The translations under genes were made by a program, and so were the position numbers. The notes under the pieces are model-generated. The model was given only the letters and a program-made list of their open reading frames with translations, made no database searches and was not told the DNA's origin. Shown here one piece after another: positions 47,016 to 57,716 of a stretch of DNA of 64,000 bases. The DNA is from Amoebophrya sp. A120. Its lineage: Eukaryota > Protista > Dinoflagellata. Position 1 is the first letter of the stretch. Every line of letters starts with the position of its first letter. The stretch is from contig CAJINV010000005.1 in the NCBI GenBank assembly GCA_905178155.1, positions 2,296,054 to 2,360,053 of the forward strand, given 5' to 3'.

Positions 47016-50000
47016 ATGTCGTCTTCCGCTTCTACTCTGAAACCCCCCATTGTCATCGACACCGGCACGGGCGGCGTGAAAGCGGGGATTGCAGGCGACA
47101 AATTTCCCGCGCTCTATTTCCCGACTTGCGTCGCGCGGGCGAAAACACGGCTGGATCAGAACCACAACGGGGGCCCTCAAGGTCCTGGTGCGACGTCTCA
47201 ACTACCTCGGGTTGGGACAACGACGAGTGGCGGCTCCTCGTCTTCCAGTTCTTCGCCCGATTATGTGATGTACGAGAGCAAGACGGCCCTTTTCGCAAAG
47301 CTGCAGGCCTGTCCATGGATCAACCAGGAATTTTTGGAAGAGTTGAAGAAGTCGCATAGTGCCGATGATGAGGACGACAATTTGATGCCGCTAGAAGACC
47401 ACGAGGACGCGCCTGGTCGTCCTGGGGGACCGAGGAACAACGATGCCGTCTTTGGTGGAGCAGGGCCAGAACGTCCATCAGCACCCATGCCGATGAATGT
47501 CGACGGAAGTAGCGGAACATCACACAACTACTACACTGAGCAAAGCGACCCGCGCGTGGCACCCGGGCAGAAAATAAGGAACACGTCAAATAACCCTGCG
47601 TCGGTGTCTCATTTGATGAATCGACTGAGTTTGAAGACGCCCGATTCCGAGCTGAACGACCCACAGAATATGCTGGTGCATGTGGGCAGCGGCGGCGGTA
47701 CTATGACTTCGAGCGGTGCAGCGGGTGGACGCGAAGACGGCGGACGCGATGATGAGCAGGAAGATCTTCGTAGCCGCGAGGACCACATGGACGTGGAGCA
47801 TCAGAACGAGCAAGAGGAAAATAACGCTGGACCACAATTACAGGCTGCTGCGGACGAGGAAACAAGCAAGATCATCATTGGTCCGCGGCTGTGGTCGTCC
47901 CGGTGGCACTCGTTGAACACGCACGACTTGAGCTACCCGATGAAGTATCAAATGCAAAAATGTCTGGGTCTGGAAGATTTCTAGATTTGTCATGCATATT
48001 TTCCATGAGCCTTGATGTCTGTGATGCATGCCGTAGCATCACAGATTTTGAAGGGGCTTTGCGATACCTCTACCGCATGAGAAATGCCCTCTCCACGTAG
48101 GACACACAAACCCGACCCCTCTTGCTGGTCATGCAATACAAATTTTTTTAGAATCCACAAACAGGATCACAAGTTACGACCTTCCAGACCCAGACATATT
48201 TTCATATGATATGAAGGAGGGCCAGGTGGACAACTGGGACGACCTGGAGATATCGTAAAGAAAAATCCCCCCTCCCCATATTGAAAACGCATCCGTCTGA
48301 TAATTTGTGATGCACATTTGTGGCCTCAAATCTTGTCTGTCTTGCAAGAAGGCAAGTCCAGAGAGCCCCCTGCATTTTGCAGGCGGTTTGTGATGCTGTT
48401 GGGCTTAGAGCATACACCTGTGTCATGCTAGGCGCCTACGCCAAAACCTCTCGGCCGAGGCTTGACATATGCCTGCAGTCCTCTACTGCAAGACAGATCT
48501 GATTTGTGTACGGAAATCCAGCATCAGAAACTTCGTTTCGATATGGGGAGGGGGGATTTTTCCTTCTGATAGGAGAAGCTCTGGGACTACTGCTTCCACG
48601 AGCTGGGCATCGACCCCAGCGAGCACACCATCGTCCTCACGGAGCCGGTGCTGAACAACCACAAAAAGCGCGAAACCTATCAAGTGCAAAAGTGTCTGGG
48701 TCTGGAAGGTTACCAGGTTTGCGTTTGTCATGCATATTTTGCATGACCCAGGATTGTTTGTGATGTATGCCCTACCATCACAGATTTTCAGAACCCTTCC
48801 TGATGCCTATCCCGCATGACAAACGCCCTCGTCCCCGCGTAGCACAAACTGGGCTCCTCTTGCTGGTCATGCAATACAGATTGCTTTAGATTCCAAAGTT
48901 TGCATCACAAGTTCCAACCTTCCAGACATCCAGGGATATTTGCAATGCATAAAACCATGGTGGAGATGATGTTCGAGCGGTACGGGTTTAAATATCCTGA
49001 GTAAAAACGTCCCCACACCAGAGTTGTCATGCAGATGCGCAATGACAGGAACATTTGTAATGCGCAGCTCCATGAGAGGAATTTCCAGTCGTGTTTTGGA
49101 ATTTGTAATGCTGTAAACAGGATGTGAGAATGGCTTTCTCATGCAGCTTATCTTGCCAATCAGCACTACACTGCAGAGGGAAACTTGTCATGCACAGCTC
49201 CCAAAACTTGGAGGTTTGTGTTGCTAGATTCCCATCTTGACTATGGGGTGGGGACGTTTTTGCTTAGGATACTAAAGCTGTGAACATCAGCGTCCAAGGG
49301 GTCCTGTCGCTCTACAGCGAGGGCATGCGGACCGGGGTGGTCGTAGACAGCGGGGACGGGTGCACGCACATTGTCCCGGTCTACGACGGCTTCGTGCAGC
49401 CGGCACTGGTCTATCCAAGAAAAAAAACGTTGTTAATAGTGTAAACTTGTGATGCGCAACATTCAAGCTGATTGCGTCTGTCATGCTTGGCATGCATCGC
49501 AGGGCTCATTCAATGGCGTTTTCGCGTAGTATCTGCGCATGACAGGTTTTTGCTGTCATGCGAGAGATATTTGTCATGCTAATCTTCCAAGAAAGTTACA
49601 CAATGTTTTTTCTTGGATATGGTCCAGCGCATGAACATTGGTGGGCGGCACGTGACGCAGCAGCTCCAGCAGCTACTAACCCGGAACAACCTGGACGTGT
49701 TTGGCGCGTTCTCCAGCCCGGTGCTGCAGGAGCTGAAGGAAAACAGCTGTTACATGGCGTACGACCTCGAGAAGGAAATGCAACTGCACCAGAACACCAC
49801 CGCCATCGAGCAGGTCGTCGCGTTGTATGACCACCGGACCAGCAACGCGCTCATATGTTGGGACGCTCAAACGTTACAATGATTGATCGTTGTCGCATTA
49901 TTTTGTATTGTGCAAGAAGACTAGCAAAAGCGAAATGGGAGAGCTTGGGCGTGGTTTATCGCTGTTTAGCGGGTCGAGCGCAACTTGTCATGCGAAGCAG

Positions 50001-50999
50001 CTTGATTGGGTTGGGGGCTGAACCTGATGCTGATTCTGCGTGACAAATCATATAAGAACAGCGACCAATGTAGTAACGTTTGACTATGCCATAGCTCACC
50101 CGGGTGCGCGTAGGCGAGGAAAGGTTTCTGGCGCCGGAGATTTTGATGAATCCACGGATGTATCAGGTATGAAGATTGTGTGTGGTTTTTGTATTCCGTG
50201 TTATGCACGCACCCTCCCGGAGCAGGACAGATCAGCATCAGTGTATTTATATATAGTAAGTAGATGCATTACACTAGCAGCCTGATATTGGGTACTGTGC
50301 ATGACAATTCGCAATATCCAGGAAATGAACTTCGATTACGGGCACCAAAACGCGGGCGTCGCGGAGTTTTTGTACCAAACGGTGATGGACGCCGACGTGG
50401 ACCTTCGCCGGACGTACTTCAGCGCCATTCTCTATCCTAGGAAAAAACGGCTTCACTGTAGTAAACTTGTTGAGAAAGATGAAGATGAACAGGAAAGAAC
50501 TACAGCAGGGAGAAGGCCACGACAGCACACGAGGACTTGTTGTCTTGCTACAAATTATCCATCAAAACAGCGCAGCTGTTTTTCTGCCCCTGTATTTCCC
50601 CATTGGTAGGGAGGCATGCTGGCAGTTTTTTTTTTCTATAAATCACGAAAAACAAACTAACTTGGCATGCGAGAAGTGGTGTTGCAGCAAATCTATCATC
50701 GCAGTGAAGAAACTGTTTTTTCGTGCGATATCTTTTTGTCCGGGGGCAATACGCTCTTCCCAGGGTTCAAGTCCCGCCTGGACCGGGAATTGCGGCAGCT
50801 CTACAAGGACCGCGTTGGCGGCCGCATGGTGTTCAAGGTCGAGGATCCGGCGCGGCGGAAATTTGCGGTCTTTCTAGGCGCCAGTTTCCTGGCGGAAACT
50901 GCCTACTGTGGAAACGACTACAGTAGGTTTTTGAATCAGGCCGAGTACGAAGAAGGCGGCGCCGCGGGCATTCACAGCTACTGCATGCCGCAATCGTGA
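47016..50999 (+). CDS. ARP2: Actin-related protein 2-like; 7 introner introns plus one GT-AG intron (50167-50321)
   Basis: [109 protein letters not shown]; the last two resemble Arp2 more than actin or Arp1. Confidence 0.85.
47946..48211. mobile_element. Introner, family 1, opposite orientation to 41809
   Basis: Direct repeat TGAAG; removal gives [11 protein letters not shown]. Confidence 0.93.
48251..48571. mobile_element. Introner, family 3
   Basis: Direct repeat GGAGA; removal gives DDLEKLWDY. Confidence 0.93.
48678..48951. mobile_element. Introner, family 1
   Basis: Direct repeat AAACC; removal gives [11 protein letters not shown]. Confidence 0.93.
48993..49271. mobile_element. Introner, family 2
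   Basis: Imperfect direct repeat TTAAA/CTAAA; removal gives [11 protein letters not shown]. Confidence 0.93.
49412..49619. mobile_element. Introner, family 5 (TATCCAAGAAAAAA TIR)
   Basis: Direct repeat TGGTC; removal gives [11 protein letters not shown]. Confidence 0.92.
49854..50093. mobile_element. Introner, family 6 (TATG..TCAAACGTTAC TIR, decayed)
   Basis: Direct repeat GCTCA; removal gives [13 protein letters not shown]. Confidence 0.88.
50433..50730. mobile_element. Introner, family 5-like, decayed direct repeat
   Basis: TIR TATCCTAGGAAAAAACGGCTTCACTG vs CAGTGAAGAAACTGTTTTTTCGTGCGATA; flanks TTCTC/TCTTT; removal gives SAI(L/F)LSGG. Confidence 0.85.
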
Positions 51000-51700
51000 A
51001 GACGTGACTCGCTCATGTACTTACATCGATGAATAATAGAGGGCGACGCGCACGCACTTTGTTTTTTGTCAATCAAGGACCTAGTTTATTCCTCTGGTCG
51101 CCAATCCACCACAAGGCAACAATGGCGACGCAGCTGTCCAAATAAAGTGCCTCTTCTCGTATTAATTCTACGTGCAGCACTTTTTCGGCGCAAATACGTA
51201 CAACAGTGAAGACGTAAGTCCGCTCATTGCGCCGGCCGTGTGTTCTCTCTAAGCAGTGCGTACTAAAAGCAACTTGGACATATACAATAAACTGAGATAG
51301 AAATAAATCAGGAACAGCTCATCTTCGTGGACCAGATCGCCATCGCTATAGATCGTGCGTAGGGTCGTGGTCAGCACCAACAGTTACAGTTTCAGCGAGG
51401 CCAAGACGCAGGTCATCAAGTTCCGATAAAATGTAAGGGTCATCGTGAGTGGGGGGTTTTCGTGTTTCGTCGGTATCCAAGAACTTCGAAATCGTCATCG
51501 TCTTCATCTTGATACTGTCGCTGGGAATTTTTATCGTTGAACGACAAGGAGAGTCGTACTCGTATGTTTCAACGTATTCTGATCCTTTCGTCGTGGGCGA
51601 CCTTGTTTGTCAATTTGGAATAAGTTTTAGATTTAGTATTTGCTTGTGTAAAACTACCTGACACCAGTCCCCTTTCCCTCACGAGACGTGTGCGAAGAGC

Positions 51701-53374
51701 ATGGGCGGCGTCTGCAACGATTTTCCGTTTTCGCAGCGACGCGGTCGCGTTTTTCCTCACCCCGCTTCCAGCTCGATGGTCCACTTTCGAAACAAGGTTG
51801 ATGTCTTGCGCAGTCCACCGCACCACGTCCTTGTTGGCCTGCTGCTCCTAGGTGCTACAACTACGAGCAACACGACACCAGGGACGATCCAGGTCGCAAG
51901 TGCGCTAAATGTTGTGATGGATCTGTCGGAAGCCAAGGGCACGGCGTCGATGTTGGCCACGAAAGAGGAGAAGGAGGTTGTGCAGCACACACTGCAGGAA
52001 GAAGAGCGAGAGGAGGTCGTGGAGAACAAACATGCGCAGGAAAACGAGAAGGAACTGGCGACGCAATCCGAATCGACGAAGCCGGATCAACATGACAGCA
52101 GTGCGGTGGCTCCTTCACAACCAGGACCCGTCGCGGCGACCACTGACGCCGTCGTGAGCTCGGGAAGGTTGTTCGGAGAGGGCGGCGAAACGACGCTGGA
52201 GCCAAGCAAGTTGCAGTCCTACCTCCCAGACCCGACGAAGCGACGGAAGTTTGAAATGCGGCGGACGAAGAATTGGTCACCGAGTACGAGCATCAACGAT
52301 TACACCCTGTACGAGGCTGATTGTCTCGCTGAGCTGGCGGATCACTCACATTCTCCATCGGCCGAAGACGAAGCGACCTGCGAATGGTTGCGGATTCGGT
52401 CGGACGCCATCGGTGGTATCGATCCCACAAAGCTCAACTTTCACGTGATCATTCCCGCGCTCGCGTCCGAACAAAATCCGACTGCCGGCATCGTGATGTT
52501 CGTAATGCGTACGTTCGTTGCGCTCGACCTCGCTGTTGAGGAAAGGCTAAAACTACAACCACCGGAACAGAGCGCGGCCGCTTTTACTACCACCACGAAC
52601 CCGACAGCGACACAGAACGCCGAAACTCTGACCAGCGGGGATACGGCCCGCGCAAGTACTCCCTCGTCTTCTCCTACTCAGCCGCAGGTGCAACAACCTG
52701 CCCAGGCTACTGCTGACCTGGGGGTGCAACTGTTTGCACAGAGCATGCCCGTTTACGACTTTTGGTCGCTTCACCCGTCATTTGCGGGGCAGAAAGGAGC
52801 CCGCTCTGCGGACGCTATCGCCAGTAACAATCTGCTGGAGGACCTGCGCCCGCCCGGGGCCAGTACGTTTTACCGATTTGGTTTCCAGACCATTTCAGGC
52901 TGGCGATTGGGACAGCATGAGCTTACCGCCGACGAAGGTCTTTTTGTGCCCTACACCGCCAAAATGAATGCGCGCACGCTCGAGGGAGCAGAAGAGAAGG
53001 GCATTCGGGTCGAGCAGCAAATGCGGATGCACAACCCGGGAATGGCGAACCCGAACCTGCGCGGCGCGACGCCGCCGGGTGGCGACCAGACGCACCTGGG
53101 GGGCAAGCAGTTGGACTGGCGCTATCGTGTCCGCGTCGCCGGGCGCCTGGCGGACAGGAGAAAGCTGTCGAAGAGGTTCAGCGGGCTCGACCGTCCCACG
53201 TACGAGATCAAGGGACGGAAGAGGGCGTCCGACGGCCAGGAATCCGAAGGCGAGCTAGATGAGGAGGTCACGGCCGCGAAGATGGAGTACGTCGGCGGCC
53301 AAGACTGGACGAAGAATGTCGGATATCAAAGAGTGCTGAAAAAAGCCCCGGCTCCAGAATCGATGAAAATATAA
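51701..53374 (+). CDS. Hypothetical protein with N-terminal hydrophobic segment
   Basis: 557-aa ORF with GC-rich codon usage; VLVGLLLLG near the N-terminus; no recognised family. Confidence 0.6.
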   Translation: MGGVCNDFPFSQRRGRVFPHPASSSMVHFRNKVDVLRSPPHHVLVGLLLLGATTTSNTTPGTIQVASALNVVMDLSEAKGTASMLATKEEKEVVQHTLQEEEREEVVENKHAQENEKELATQSESTKPDQHDSSAVAPSQPGPVAATTDAVVSSGRLFGEGGETTLEPSKLQSYLPDPTKRRKFEMRRTKNWSPSTSINDYTLYEADCLAELADHSHSPSAEDEATCEWLRIRSDAIGGIDPTKLNFHVIIPALASEQNPTAGIVMFVMRTFVALDLAVEERLKLQPPEQSAAAFTTTTNPTATQNAETLTSGDTARASTPSSSPTQPQVQQPAQATADLGVQLFAQSMPVYDFWSLHPSFAGQKGARSADAIASNNLLEDLRPPGASTFYRFGFQTISGWRLGQHELTADEGLFVPYTAKMNARTLEGAEEKGIRVEQQMRMHNPGMANPNLRGATPPGGDQTHLGGKQLDWRYRVRVAGRLADRRKLSKRFSGLDRPTYEIKGRKRASDGQESEGELDEEVTAAKMEYVGGQDWTKNVGYQRVLKKAPAPESMKI

Positions 53375-53472
53375 ATAGTGAGACTTTGCAGTGCGAAATA
53401 ACGGAAATAGACTATACTTCTGAAAAGAGGTACTGCGATGGCAGGACTTCCACTTCTTATGCGAATTTCATT

Positions 53473-53856
53473 ATCGATCCTTGTATGTCGCTATCGATAT
53501 CGTCTTTCGTGCCCCGAGTGAGCTTCTCCTTGCCTTCTCCCTCCTATTCCCATTTTCCTTTCTTTAAGCACGTTGTTTTCGTGGTTTTATGGTCGGTGAA
53601 CCGGTACCCCTGTCCGCCATAAATTTCTATGTCACGTTAAACAAGCGAGCACTCCCTTACACTTTCTCTTCCTTCTGCTTCATAGGGCAGCGAGACTGTG
53701 TTCGGTGAGACGGCAGGGGCTGTAGTGCTATCCTCTTTTTCAATCCCGAGTGATTTTCGGTGCGCGGTTTTGTTGTTGCGAGTGAACCTGAGCTGTCCAA
53801 ATTCCTGTTTCTGTTCTCATGCAAAAAAGGCCATTTGCATGCTTCAAAAACTTCAA
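53473..53856 (+). mobile_element. Left-truncated copy of stack unit U3 (non-LTR/SINE-like) with 18-bp target duplication
   Basis: TCTTATGCGAATTTCATT at 53455-53472 and 53857-53874. 53565-53856 aligns with 30425-30718 and has the same right end (CATGCAAA..TTTGCATG hairpin, then TTCAA). Confidence 0.85.
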
Positions 53857-53989
53857 TCTTATGCGAATTTCATTCATGAGCCATAGTCACATAGTATGAT
53901 TGGTATGATTCATCTAATACAACAAGCGTTGTGCCAGTGCCACGGGCTCTTCTCAGCTTGATAGCGAAGAATGGCACTTTGGAGGCTGG

Positions 53990-54266
53990 TATGCAGTGCA
54001 AATATGCCTGGGTGTGGAAAGTTGTAGTTATGCAAATTTTATGATACAACAGTACAGCAACACAAGATCAAGAGCCTCCAATTCCAACACACGCATAACA
54101 AGTTTTTGAGTTACGCCAGATGCCGATCGCGTTTTGGCATGAGAAACAAGTACAATAGAACTGTTGCACTGTTGCGCCGTACACTGGACAGATATTTCGG
54201 TCCTCTTATCAGCCAAGCTTGACAAGGCTGGCAAGTTTCCAAACCCAGATGTGCTTGCAGTGAATA
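53990..54266. mobile_element. Introner, diverged family 1-like
   Basis: Direct repeat GCTGG; TIR TATGCAGTGCAAATATGCCTGGGTGTGGAAA / TTTCCAAACCCAGATGTGCTTGCAGTGAATA. Confidence 0.85.
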
Positions 54267-54316
54267 GCTGGAAGCAGATCATCACTATCGAGCCCGGACA
54301 CGACCCGGTAACCATT

Positions 54317-54863
54317 TATCTTGGGTGAAAGCGTACCCACCACCCTTAGTCAATCTGAAATTTGGGACGCGCGCATGACAAAGTTGTATGGTCCATTGCG
54401 CAGTCGTGATCGCATCGATCAGAAATCCGTTGTCTTATGCTTTCCAAATTCCAATAGAATTTAGAAAATGCCTTCGATGGGGAGCCGCGTGAGACATGTC
54501 CGAAACATGCTACATTTGCATGTTTAGGGAGTTAGGTAATTTCCAGTAGAAGTGCTAGTAGATTTGCATTTTGACAGATTTGCATGTGTACAAATAAAGG
54601 CTTCCCTGGGTGGCCGCCATCTGCGGCCGTTCGTACATGGGGAGGCAGAGGGCGCCGCACTTCTGTTTATCAATCAATCAATCGTTCTCATCTAAAGGAT
54701 CTTGGGAGGCGATGAGAGCAGGTTCTGCGCCTCTGCTCTAAGCTTGTTTCCTTCACTTGCCACAGAAGGGGGACTTCTTAACTTATGAAGAAACCTAGAA
54801 CAAAGTAACTAGTAAAGCTCGATTAAATTTTGGGCGGTGGGTTCTATGCTTTTACTCCGGATA
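54317..54863. mobile_element. Introner, diverged family 2-like, enlarged to 547 bp
   Basis: Direct repeat CCATT; ends TATCTTGGGTGAAAGCGTACCCACC / GGTGGGTTCTATGCTTTTACTCCGGATA. Confidence 0.8.
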
Positions 54864-56403
54864 CCATTGCCGCTATGTGCGCGCTGAAAGAAAACGAGAA
54901 CGTCAGGGCCAACTGGATCCAGTTATCGCATAGCGAAGTATGATGTAGCATATCATACATGTGATGCGATCGCAATAAAGAATGAATAAAATAAATACAA
55001 GTGCATGTACGGTCGTTTCCTCCATATGCGGGACACCAAAAGTTCATGTTTGAGGCTGAGTGGTGTTGAATTGAATGCTGACTGATTTTGTTGAGGTTAG
55101 AAAGTGTTGTGTATCGTGGCGCTTCGCCGTCGTTTCAGTGTTCAGGGAACGGTGCATTTTTACTCATCATGATATGTTACTTGCTCTTTGTTGTGTCATA
55201 TCGGCGAAACGAAAACGGTGTCCTTGGTTTTGCTGCTGGGTATGCCACCCTTCCGGTTGTGGCGGTACCAATTGTCACGTGTTTCCACCTCAACATGTCG
55301 ATGTGAGCCAATTTATTGAGCATTGTTCGACACCAGCATCTCGTGATTTCAGCTGCGTGACAGAGCAATATCATGAGCATGACCGCTGCGGCGCAGAGAG
55401 CGCATGTGCCTAGAATGAAAGATGATGATGATAGTTTTCATTTTGTGGTGGGGACTCTTTTCATCATGATCAAGCATTGCGGCGACGGCGGCGTTGTCTC
55501 GCTGAAATGCATGCCACGAACCCCTCCCTTTTGATCCCTGAATGTCGTTGCGGGTGGAGTACGTATGTTTTGTTTCTGTCTTTATGAAAATAAATGCAAT
55601 GTCAAGATAAAGATCAACTTTGCGAGATTTAGCCGCGCTGGTGGTCCGCTGCATGTGACAGAAGTGTAAGACTGTTCTTTGTACTTCAACACTCATCTGA
55701 CAAATTACGCGTAGAAAGAACTGTACTAAAGCATTTCATTGCGATGTACCTTGCTCATATCTGTCTTTCAACATCGCAGCGTGTTTTTCCTGAAGTTTCT
55801 ATGGTTTCTCTTTGCAACCGTCGTTTCATCATCGAGAAGATTTTACAGAAAAAAATCGTTGCTTTTGATTATTTTATCAGTTACAGCTTCTGTGCGATTG
55901 TCATTGTGATTCGAATTTCAGTTGTCCTATTTGGTTGTTGTGCTTCTACTTCGCGTAGAATGTAAAATTAAGATTAACTTTAAAACTTCTCAACTGTTGG
56001 TCATGGAAATCGATCCCGCACACACGTAACACGATCGCCCCAAATGAAGCCTGTTCCATGATGAAAATGACTGAAGGTTCTGACTCAAATCGACCCCGTG
56101 ACATGCTGATGAAATAGCTAACTACGAAGCGGATCTAGACTCTGGAATGTGTTGACATCTGGTGAGAATGATGCGAGAATCTTGATGAACCTGATTGAAC
56201 CAAACCTACAGGATGTAACGCAGCAAGAGACTTGCGTCACTTGCTTGCTTACTTGCAATTGAGAGAACTCATTGAAAAGCTGTTGATAACGAGCTCAGTG
56301 GAGCAAGCGTGTGTAAGTGTGTGTGAGTGTTCTCAAGTCCACTAACACTACGCTACGCCTTGAGACTCAAACTGGCTCTTCTAGTCAGATAAGTACTCAC
56401 AAA

Positions 56404-57589
56404 ATGGGCCAAGAGGCAAAGCTGGTTGAGAAGCTGCCCAGTGCGCAGGACTGGCGCATCTGGTATCGCGGAGTCACGAACGAGGTCTCGCGCCTCGGAC
56501 TCCAGGAGTACTGGGATAATCGTCTTGCTGGTAATCCTCCGGGGATTCCGCAGGCGAATATCGCTGGCAACAACGCGATCCGGGAGAAGTGGCGCGACCT
56601 GAAGGATGCCATCTACAAGTCGTGCACCGGGTCCGTGTCCACGTGGGTCAACACTCAGCACTACATCAACGACGACGCTGCGCAGCTGTTCATGCGTATT
56701 CGGGATGTTGGTCGCTTCAATGTTGCCTCCCGTGACCAGCAGCACATCAAGATAGACCTCCTCGATCGACGCCATGCATTTCGACAACCGCGACGCGCCG
56801 AAGGATGCTCCGACGTTCCTGGCCCAGATCCACGAGCTGACGGAGATGGCGCCGAGTGTCTACGTCCCGGAGCCCGGGCGTCCGGTCGAAGATCGTCATG
56901 TCAAGAACATTCTGGACAAGCTGCCCAAGATGTTCGCGTCGGCCTTCCGCCAGACCATCGACCGCTGCGTGGACGAGTCCGATCACATCACCCTCCAGGA
57001 GATCGGGAACCGTCTCGAGAAGAAGCTCGCGCAGTTGGTCAAGGAAGGTTCCTACAAGATCGAGAGTCCGTCCTTTGGCAAGGCCTTTCCGGTCATCGAG
57101 GAGAAGTCGAAGAAGAAGAAGGGAAACAAACGTCAGAGAGACGATGATGATGAGGAGCCGGACTCCGCTGATGATGGTCAAAATGCTGCTTCTGGCAAGG
57201 TGTTCTCGGCGAAAGCCTTGAAACGCATGAAAGCCAAATTACGCAAGCAGACCGAAGCGAGTGTCCTGGCTGCCCATGGCCTGCCCCCGAAGTCTAACGC
57301 TAAGGGTGGAAGTGGCCAGAAAGGTGGCGGCAAGACTGGTCGGAACCAGAGCACTCCCTACAACACTGTGACCAAACCCAAATGTTGGATCTGTGGCAAG
57401 GAAAACCATAAGGCTGACCGTTGCCGCTGGAATCCTAACAATCAAGGGAAAGGTCAGTGGGGTGGTGTCTGGGGAAACCAGCAGCCGCAGTTTTGTCCGC
57501 CGGTGAACCAGAACCAGATGAACATGCAGAATCAAGGGCCGGGAGCCGGTGGAAAGCAGGGTGGTTGGGTCTGGCAAGGTCCAGCCTGA
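56404..57589 (+). CDS. gag: Copia gag, split across two frames near 56755-56770
   Basis: ORF from MGQEAKL continues in the +1 frame (56774-57589), ending with zinc knuckle CWICGKENHKADRC. Confidence 0.8.
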
Positions 57590-57716
57590 CTAGATGAAGG
57601 AGATGTTTATATCTCGGAGTATGGTCGTTGTTTTCTGAACTTCGAGAATTTAGAAGAATTTGACTCAAATTATTCTAGCTGTTTTATTGCACAGACCAAG
57701 GACGAAGTGAGCTTCC

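Noticed and set aside
39110-50999. RPC2 and ARP2 as fragmented pseudogenes
   Set aside because: Every break is explained by a TIR element or a GT-AG intron; the rebuilt frames have no stops and keep conserved motifs.
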